40,768 nt of DNA from a virus (lineage: Duplodnaviria > Caudoviricetes). Positions 35,304 to 40,768 of the stretch are shown in pieces; the stretch's first letter is position 1, and every line of letters starts with the position of its first letter. The translations under genes and the position numbers were made by a program. Where the stretch lies: positions 1 to 40,768 of IMG/VR virus record IMGVR_UViG_3300020045_011163, one strand, 5' to 3'. The notes beneath the pieces were generated by a model. It saw only the letters and a program-made list of their open reading frames with translations. It was not told the DNA's origin and made no database searches.

Positions 35304-35392
35304 GTGCTCACCCGCTGAATTAGCGGGGTTCACAAAGGTCTCAATTTGCTTGAGGTTTTTGTGGGCGAGGGTACGGTGACTCTATAGCACCG
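35304..35392 (+). ncRNA. Candidate three-way-junction RNA
   Basis: P1 GTGCTC/GGGTAC, P2 CCCGCT/AGCGGG, P3 17 bp with 5 G-U pairs; TATACT 7 nt upstream. Confidence 0.5.
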
Positions 35393-35421
35393 CCTAGGTT
35401 TGCCTAGGTTTGCCTAGGTTT
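35392..35421. repeat. 10-bp tandem repeat GCCTAGGTTT x3
   Basis: Directly visible at the convergence of the two genome arms. Confidence 0.9.
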
Positions 35422-35563
35422 CCCGCTTCCTGTCCCGATTATGCTTCTCAGCAATCTTGAGCAGCTTTTTCCCAAATTCCTGCTCTGGTGTAAGGCGTTC
35501 TTTTTTCTTTAGGCCGAGCAGATCCATGAAGGGGAAGATGAGATGATCGGTTTTTTCGTTCAT
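35414..35563 (-). CDS. 49-aa hypothetical protein
   Basis: Manual translation MNEKTDHLIFPF...RKRET; A-rich leader; stop lies inside the repeat. Confidence 0.55.
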   Translation of the reverse strand: MNEKTDHLIFPFMDLLGLKKKERLTPEQEFGKKLLKIAEKHNRDRKRET

Positions 35564-35578
35564 ATTTTTTTAGGGTTA

Positions 35579-35761
35579 CTAATTTTCTATAATTTTGCGA
35601 AAAAGAAATAAATGATCGGCCTTGGCATTCTTGACGGTATTGATTGCAGTTGATGCCGCCGCCTGAATCTCGGGAGATTCTTTAGTGGATTTTAATATTT
35701 CTTGTAGCAAAGTTTCGGCTGTGTCTAGCGCTTGACTAAGTTTGATGCATCGCTTCATCAT
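35579..35761 (-). CDS. Hypothetical protein
   Basis: 60 aa; ATGA overlap with the upstream gene. Confidence 0.6.
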   Translation of the reverse strand: MMKRCIKLSQALDTAETLLQEILKSTKESPEIQAAASTAINTVKNAKADHLFLFRKIIEN

Positions 35762-37107
35762 GTGCGAAATTTAAAAGATTCGTTAATAGTATCATCGCCA
35801 GTGATATCCCGCAAACACGAAATGCTATTCCGGTTCCAGTTGTCCGGACTGGAAGCGTAGATTTTCCCGGTGGTATTGCCTCCGCCAACCGAGAGCTGGC
35901 CCACCGTCTCATAGTTGCCCAGATATTTATTATTCAGTGTGTCGGCGATTGCATAAATTGATTCTTCAATGGTGTCGAAATTGTGGCTTGCTGTAGCAGT
36001 ATTCCCGACATTCCCTAAATTGTTGGGCGTAGATTTTCGGGGATGCTTGAGGCCACCAGTGTCCGCAATTCCAATACATACCAGCAATTCGGGCCGGATT
36101 CCTCGGGTTGTACCAGCGTCAAGAAACACCTTCCCCATGCCATGAATCCGAGGCGAGGACGTTTTTGCTAAATATTCGTCCAACCTTTCGATAGGTGTAA
36201 TTGCACTTGTAGTATACCTATTTTGCACCTGTTCAGTGTCGAGAGTGGCGGCTTCGGCGGTCTTTTCCTTAAAGGCCTTGAGGGCTTTGAGGTCTTCACC
36301 ATGCGGCGAAGCGGTGTATGTCGGGTAAGGAACTACCACCCCAGCTTGCCACAGCTCGATGTGGACGTGACACCCCGTGGAGACTTCTTGTTCTTGAAGA
36401 TCGCCCGGACACCCGCCAGAGCTGCCGATTTTGTCGCCAGTCTTCACGGTCTGGCCGTCCTCTACCCAGAACTCTTTGACGTGTCCAATGGCGAAGTTCA
36501 TGGGGATGCCTTCCTCGTCCCAGTGTAGTTCTATCGTCTTGCCCATTGTGCCGTAGTTGTGGGCTATCTTGACCGTATATTCGCGATCTTCCTCCCAGTA
36601 ATTCCCTTCCTTATCAATCCCGTCCCACGACGGCGCAAACATCTCCAGATATTTTCCGTGAGTTGAGATATCAGTTGCAAGATATCCATTACGACTAAAA
36701 TGCTCGCGGGGTGATTGAGAAATATCTACGTCCGCCCCAGAGGGGAAGACGTAGAAGAGTTTAGATATTTTTTTGTCCGTTTTTTTCTGTTCTGTGGACG
36801 GCGGGGCTTCACAGTTTTTGTCCGCCCTCGACTGGAAGGACGCAAGCTCCGCCTCATCTAGTTCTAGGTCTTCATCGTAATATTCCGCCAGACCGTGCTT
36901 CGCATAGGCCTGATCGGCAATGCAGTGTTCATATTCAGCGGCTTCCAAGCTCAACCTCAGCTGCTCAGCTATCGCCTTTGTTCGATTAAATTCTCGCTCG
37001 AATGAGTCCGCTCCGCCCCAGAGTGCAGCCGTTCCTAGCTTTGTTACTACAAGAGAAAAAATGAATATCCCAATGGAGATAACTACGATCCGTTTTGTAT
37101 TTGACAT
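35758..37107 (-). CDS. Exported cell-wall hydrolase: signal/TM segment, coiled coil, M23 peptidase and lysozyme/GH73-like domain
   Basis: N-terminal hydrophobic segment; ATDI...GHV....V.DGQ.V..GD.IG..G...STGCHVH; PELLVCIGIADT...NNLGN...YAS...W. Confidence 0.8.
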   Translation of the reverse strand: MSNTKRIVVISIGIFIFSLVVTKLGTAALWGGADSFEREFNRTKAIAEQLRLSLEAAEYEHCIADQAYAKHGLAEYYDEDLELDEAELASFQSRADKNCEAPPSTEQKKTDKKISKLFYVFPSGADVDISQSPREHFSRNGYLATDISTHGKYLEMFAPSWDGIDKEGNYWEEDREYTVKIAHNYGTMGKTIELHWDEEGIPMNFAIGHVKEFWVEDGQTVKTGDKIGSSGGCPGDLQEQEVSTGCHVHIELWQAGVVVPYPTYTASPHGEDLKALKAFKEKTAEAATLDTEQVQNRYTTSAITPIERLDEYLAKTSSPRIHGMGKVFLDAGTTRGIRPELLVCIGIADTGGLKHPRKSTPNNLGNVGNTATASHNFDTIEESIYAIADTLNNKYLGNYETVGQLSVGGGNTTGKIYASSPDNWNRNSISCLRDITGDDTINESFKFRT

Positions 37108-37212
37108 GTTTTTTTGTTAATTTTTATTTTCGTTTCTCGATATAAACAGTATAAACCATACTAACTTTATTATACTTTATTTCATTTTTGTTTTTGTTAA
37201 ATTGTATACTCT

Positions 37213-37242
37213 ATTGTATCATGTATTTTCAGGGAAGTCAAG
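37213..37242 (-). promoter_or_regulatory. Leftward promoter for the exported hydrolase
   Basis: TTGACT-17 bp-TACAAT with extended TG; shares CTTGACTTC...TGATA with the other two leftward promoters. Confidence 0.75.
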
Positions 37243-37359
37243 TAAGTCGCAAGGCTGGTCACACCTCAGGCACTCATACCAGTATGAGTCGGTATCATAC
37301 GTCCCCCGTACTTCCATGACTCCAGCGTTGCAGCATTTGGATTTTTTAGGGGGATTCAT
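37219..37359 (-). CDS. 46-aa zinc-ribbon peptide
   Basis: Manual translation MNPPKKSKCCNA...YECLRCDQPCD. Confidence 0.6.
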   Translation of the reverse strand: MNPPKKSKCCNAGVMEVRGTYDTDSYWYECLRCDQPCDLLDFPENT

Positions 37360-37648
37360 TCTTAGATATTAGTTTTTTAAAAAACTTCTTCTTTTCCATC
37401 TTCGCAAGATGGTCGGCATAGGTCATAGTATCCGGCGTCAGTTCCTCGTTTTTCGGGCGTACGGTGTAGTAGGAGTGCTTGCGGTTGGTCTGCTTGTATT
37501 TCCTTTTAGGGGGTGTAGTGAGCGCACCGGCTCCCGCTACTGTCTCGCCGCACTTGATACACGCCACCAGAAGTGCGCCAGAGGTACAGACCGCTGAGCA
37601 TTTCGCCTCACAGCATGGGGACTTGAATGTCTTTTTTGGCTTATTCAT
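37346..37648 (-). CDS. Zinc-ribbon basic protein
   Basis: SPCCEA...CIKCG. Confidence 0.65.
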   Translation of the reverse strand: MNKPKKTFKSPCCEAKCSAVCTSGALLVACIKCGETVAGAGALTTPPKRKYKQTNRKHSYYTVRPKNEELTPDTMTYADHLAKMEKKKFFKKLISKNESP

Positions 37649-37850
37649 AGGAAGTTTTGAATGGTATGCGACAAGTTATCTCTAGCTCAGGAAGCGGTAG
37701 CTCATCGGTCACTTCCTGTATTCCGACAATGATCTCTCCGATGACAGCCTCTACTTCCTCGCGTAAATAGGTGGCTTCCTCCATAAGCTCGTTATCATCA
37801 CTATACCAAGCTTCGCGGGCTAGTTCGTGGTGTAAGGTGAGTTTTTCCAT
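37641..37850 (-). CDS. Acidic hypothetical protein
   Basis: 69-aa ORF in operon. Confidence 0.6.
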   Translation of the reverse strand: MEKLTLHHELAREAWYSDDNELMEEATYLREEVEAVIGEIIVGIQEVTDELPLPELEITCRIPFKTSYE

Positions 37851-37860
37851 ATATTGTTTT

Positions 37861-38076
37861 TCATTTTTTCGCCTCCACTATAGCCCGAACCCGGGCCAGT
37901 GAAAATAAAATAGTGTCGAGATGGTGCTCAAGTGTCATCTCCACCAAATCCTCGACTGTGAGGGGTTTCTTTTTTTTAATCTTTTTTGTCAAAAAAATAT
38001 CACGGCCGACGGAGGGCTTCATGTTGTAGATTTGCAATTCCATCCATGCGAGATCGTCGAGGGTGTTTTTGTTCAT
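37861..38076 (-). CDS. Hypothetical protein
   Basis: 71-aa ORF in operon. Confidence 0.6.
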   Translation of the reverse strand: MNKNTLDDLAWMELQIYNMKPSVGRDIFLTKKIKKKKPLTVEDLVEMTLEHHLDTILFSLARVRAIVEAKK

Positions 38077-38093
38077 TTGATTTTTTTAATAAA

Positions 38094-38525
38094 TTAAAAA
38101 TCCCCAATATCACACTGAAGACACACCAGCCCTAAACTCCGCCACATATCAACTACACACTGGCGATCATCGATACAGAACATAACTTCATATTTCGGCA
38201 ATATTTCATTCTCGTAGATTTCTTTTTTTATCTCCGTATCAGGGCGAAAGTCGCCAGCCTTGCGCATAAAAAGAGCATCAACTAAAATCCCGTGCTTCGC
38301 AAACCAGCGCAGCGTAGCGTCCTTATAATCGTCAGTTCTCCCCGAAACGATAACGATATCATACCGGGTGCGGAGTTGCTGCACCAGAGCCTTACACCAC
38401 TCATTCGGCGGGTCGGATTCACAGGCGGAGTGAAATTTCTCAAAGTTAGGAAGCAGGTGACGGCGGTCTCTGGCGTCGCTCAGTGTGCCGTCGAGGTCAA
38501 CTATGATTGCATATGGTTTTGTCAT
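38094..38525 (-). CDS. HAD phosphatase resembling the 3'-phosphatase domain of T4 polynucleotide kinase (no kinase domain)
   Basis: DLDGT, SGR, FMR..GD.R.D..IK, IDDR..VV.MWR..GL. Confidence 0.9.
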   Translation of the reverse strand: MTKPYAIIVDLDGTLSDARDRRHLLPNFEKFHSACESDPPNEWCKALVQQLRTRYDIVIVSGRTDDYKDATLRWFAKHGILVDALFMRKAGDFRPDTEIKKEIYENEILPKYEVMFCIDDRQCVVDMWRSLGLVCLQCDIGDF

Positions 38526-38725
38526 TTTGTATAATTAAGAATTTCATCAATCCCCTCCTCCCCCAGAGCCTCCCCATAAAACGCCCTCAAGCACCCCTCG
38601 CAAATACCATGAGTGATCAGTTCAATATCACGTTTTATATTTTCTTTCTTGGCGATTTCCGCTTCCCACTCAGGGCCAAGGGGAAGCTCGCCGTGGCAGT
38701 TCTGGCATTCTTTTTTTACTTTCAT
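38522..38725 (-). CDS. Zinc-binding small protein
   Basis: CQNC...THGICEGC. Confidence 0.7.
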   Translation of the reverse strand: MKVKKECQNCHGELPLGPEWEAEIAKKENIKRDIELITHGICEGCLRAFYGEALGEEGIDEILNYTK

Positions 38726-38727
38726 TT

Positions 38728-38877
38728 TTAAAATTTAAGAATTTCTTTTTGAAGTTCGGAGAACTCCTCATTAGAGAGCCAGATTGATATGCCCATATCG
38801 GCAGGGTGGGCGTTCTCGGACTGCTCGATCGAGAGCATATACCCTGTGACGGCTTCGTTGATTTTAATTTTTCTCAT
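38728..38877 (-). CDS. 49-aa protein, paralogue of 40372-40524
   Basis: Manual translation MRKIKINEAVTGYMLSIEQSENAHPADMGISIWLSNEEFSELQKEILKF. Confidence 0.7.
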   Translation of the reverse strand: MRKIKINEAVTGYMLSIEQSENAHPADMGISIWLSNEEFSELQKEILKF

Positions 38878-39071
38878 TTTTTTGGGTTAGTCTTTTTGAT
38901 TTTCCGCTTCAATTCCTCTTTGCGCTCGAGGGCTTCTAGCATCAGTCCTGTTTTTTCGTGAATTTCGGCTGATATGCGATGTAGCATGAGGTTACGGCGG
39001 CCGGAACTCCAGACGTAAAGCACGGTGGCAATCTGCCCCAGTCCCAGGAAAACAATTGTAAGTTCAATCAT
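38874..39071 (-). CDS. Small membrane protein
   Basis: Probable start MIELTIV; N-terminal TM segment. Confidence 0.6.
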   Translation of the reverse strand: MIELTIVFLGLGQIATVLYVWSSGRRNLMLHRISAEIHEKTGLMLEALERKEELKRKIKKTNPKK

Positions 39072-39081
39072 AGTTTTTTGG

Positions 39082-39339
39082 TTATTGATTATCGTATTCC
39101 TCACTAGCGAAAAAGGATAAAAAGCTAGCAATGACCCATAACATTGTAATGATCCACCATTGCCGCCCATACAGGGCAACCGTGGGCGCGGAGATGCCAG
39201 TTACGACTATATTCAGTATTGCCCAGCCGTTCAGTAGCCGGAAGGCCATGAAAGACGGCTTTTTCTTCTCTGCCCGCAATGGCGGGAGGTAGTCAGTGAT
39301 GAGTATTTCCTGTTTATACTTGCCAATATTAATTTTCAT
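39082..39339 (-). CDS. Small two-TM membrane protein
   Basis: Two hydrophobic segments. Confidence 0.65.
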   Translation of the reverse strand: MKINIGKYKQEILITDYLPPLRAEKKKPSFMAFRLLNGWAILNIVVTGISAPTVALYGRQWWIITMLWVIASFLSFFASEEYDNQ

Positions 39340-39532
39340 TTTTCTGTCTTTTAAGAAATTCTATCAACTCGTCAACAGTGCGGAAAATGCGGTCTTCTTC
39401 TACCCAGTCGTTCGTGAGGTAGTATCTAAAGCCTATGCTTTCTGAAAAGTATAGCACCCCGTGGACTTCCTCCGCCTTCAGAGTCACAGGACTCACTACC
39501 CAGTCCCCGATATTGTACTTTGGTTTTTTCAT
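39329..39532 (-). CDS. Hypothetical protein (SH3-like beta barrel)
   Basis: KPKYNIGDWV...EEDRIF.T.DEL pattern. Confidence 0.65.
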   Translation of the reverse strand: MKKPKYNIGDWVVSPVTLKAEEVHGVLYFSESIGFRYYLTNDWVEEDRIFRTVDELIEFLKRQKNEN

Positions 39533-39759
39533 GGTAATTTTTTTAAAATATCCTTAGTTTTTACAAAAATTTTCAGATGCTGGCGTGGGACGGATGCTAT
39601 TCTACTCCCGACTTCATAAAGAGGGGGGGCTCCCCAGATTTTAACCGTGACAGGGTCAGCGCTGTCTGAGAGATCCCAGTAGGTTGCGGAACAACCCTTG
39701 TGTTGGCCACCAGTCACCCTAAGCTGAGTTCCCCATAGTAGAGATGATCCTTTTTTCAT
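39529..39759 (-). CDS. Hypothetical protein (KOW-like)
   Basis: G..LRVTGGQHKG motif. Confidence 0.55.
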   Translation of the reverse strand: MKKGSSLLWGTQLRVTGGQHKGCSATYWDLSDSADPVTVKIWGAPPLYEVGSRIASVPRQHLKIFVKTKDILKKLP

Positions 39760-40064
39760 GATTTATCTTTAAAATATTTTTTCGCATAGTTCGCCATTAC
39801 GTCAATAAACTTCTCCGCTTCGGCTTGACTTGTTGGCTTGGCGCTCTCAACAATGATCTTAATCGCGTTAACGCCTAGCCATAACTGATCAATCATTGAG
39901 AAACTGCCGTCACCCATCATGGCTCCCCGCGTGCGTTCTCCTGCTTTTGGGCTAGTGAAGCTAGCGACGCATAAGGATAAAACTTTCTCGTCTTTGGCTT
40001 TATTTATCAATTCAAGCGCTTCATTCATATACCTTTTTGACCAGTCTTCTTTAAGTTTTTTCAT
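39756..40064 (-). CDS. Hypothetical protein
   Basis: 102 aa; ATGA overlaps on both sides. Confidence 0.7.
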   Translation of the reverse strand: MKKLKEDWSKRYMNEALELINKAKDEKVLSLCVASFTSPKAGERTRGAMMGDGSFSMIDQLWLGVNAIKIIVESAKPTSQAEAEKFIDVMANYAKKYFKDKS

Positions 40065-40186
40065 AGTAGTCCGCTTAAAATAAATAAAATAATCGCAACA
40101 AATCCGAGGATACCGACTGTCTCGACAAGTTCTGCTTGTTCTCTGGCTCGGCGGGCTAGCTGGTATGGGGATGGTCTATTTGTCAT
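40061..40186 (-). CDS. 41-aa membrane peptide
   Basis: Manual translation MTNRPSPYQLARR...ILFILSGLL; ATGA overlaps. Confidence 0.6.
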   Translation of the reverse strand: MTNRPSPYQLARRAREQAELVETVGILGFVAIILFILSGLL

Positions 40187-40362
40187 TTTTGGGGGATTAT
40201 ATTCATGGTGGGCTTACAATGGGACGTGGCTGCTCTTTTTGATTCCTCAGCGATTTTTTCCAGAAAATCATATTCCGATTCGGTCATACCAATTCTGAAT
40301 GCAGTGGTATCATCACATCCATCTATTTCTATCAGATACAGTTTTTTTTCTTCAGTTTTCAT
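40183..40362 (-). CDS. 59-aa hypothetical protein
   Basis: Manual translation MKTEEKKLYLIEIDGCDDTT...CKPTMNIIPQK. Confidence 0.65.
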   Translation of the reverse strand: MKTEEKKLYLIEIDGCDDTTAFRIGMTESEYDFLEKIAEESKRAATSHCKPTMNIIPQK

Positions 40363-40371
40363 ATTTTTAAA

Positions 40372-40524
40372 TTAATTCTTAAAAACTCTATAAAGCGCTT
40401 GCGTAAGCGCTTCCGCTTCGTCCGCAGTGAGAGCAATCTCGATCCCCAAATCTTCGGGATTCTCCGGCTGCTCTATTGACAGAGCGAAACCTTCGCCGAC
40501 TCTTTTTACTGTTATTTTTTTCAT
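40372..40524 (-). CDS. 50-aa protein, paralogue of 38728-38877
   Basis: Probable start MKKITVK; shares LSIEQ.EN..D.GI.I.L with the paralogue. Confidence 0.7.
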   Translation of the reverse strand: MKKITVKRVGEGFALSIEQPENPEDLGIEIALTADEAEALTQALYRVFKN

Positions 40525-40619
40525 ACTTTGAAAATTACTAAAATAAATAACCGAAATAAAATTACTGTAATCATCGATATCACGAGCGATTGCGCGAAGG
40601 CTTTTTTGTGGATTGTCAT
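40521..40619 (-). CDS. 32-aa membrane peptide
   Basis: Manual translation MTIHKKAFAQSLVISMITVILFRLFILVIFKV; ATGA overlap. Confidence 0.45.
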   Translation of the reverse strand: MTIHKKAFAQSLVISMITVILFRLFILVIFKV

Positions 40620-40647
40620 GGGGTGGAGGATTAAAAAGTACAAAACC

Positions 40648-40768
40648 CATCAGTACACCTACACCAAGTTTGCTCAACATAAGCAGTGTGAGCCTCTCCG
40701 CTGTATACTGACCCTCTGGCGGGAACCATTCCGCTCCCCTCGCACTCCGGGCAGTCTGTTATTTTTTC
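40648..40768. repeat. Terminal direct repeat copy 2
   Basis: Identical to 1-121. Confidence 0.95.

Noticed and set aside
1-40768. Stop-codon reassignment (genetic code 25 or 15)
   Set aside because: Core genes are full length in code 11; TGA ends genes in ATGA overlaps and TAG ends the helicase gene
1-40768. Integrase, att site or transposase
   Set aside because: No tyrosine or serine recombinase or DDE motifs recognised, and no host flanking DNA

Overview
The window is one complete, circularly assembled tailed-phage genome of about 40,647 bp. Bases 1-121 repeat 40648-40768, and a 49-aa zinc-finger ORF reads across the join. It has two arms that diverge at about 4.7 kb and converge at about 35.4 kb. 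The leftward (early) arm carries an Xre HTH regulator, a PD-(D/E)XK nuclease, recombination/ssDNA-type proteins, a HAD phosphatase, an exported M23 + glucosaminidase-like hydrolase and many small proteins. The rightward arm carries a replication initiator with internal iterons, a DnaB-type helicase, VRR-NUC, TerS/TerL, portal, scaffold, cement, major capsid, a large beta-repeat head protein, holin, podovirus-type adaptor and nozzle, a tail protein, ejection proteins (one with a CHAP domain) and an M23-SLH endolysin. I found no integrase, DNA polymerase, primase, reverse transcriptase, CRISPR array or complete tRNA. Sigma70-type promoters combined with A/U-rich, Shine-Dalgarno-free starts suggest a Patescibacteria (CPR)-like host; this is inference. 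The most notable signal is a dense layer of G-U-rich, strand-specific structured RNAs: a leader motif repeated with compensatory changes behind two near-identical early promoters, a tRNA-like element without an anticodon arm upstream of an Sm-like gene and Gly-repeat gene pair, a pseudoknotted leader before the initiator, a three-way junction after the capsid gene, and several promoter-hairpin-terminator mini-units. All family assignments are from motifs recognised by eye; no database searches or folding programs were run.
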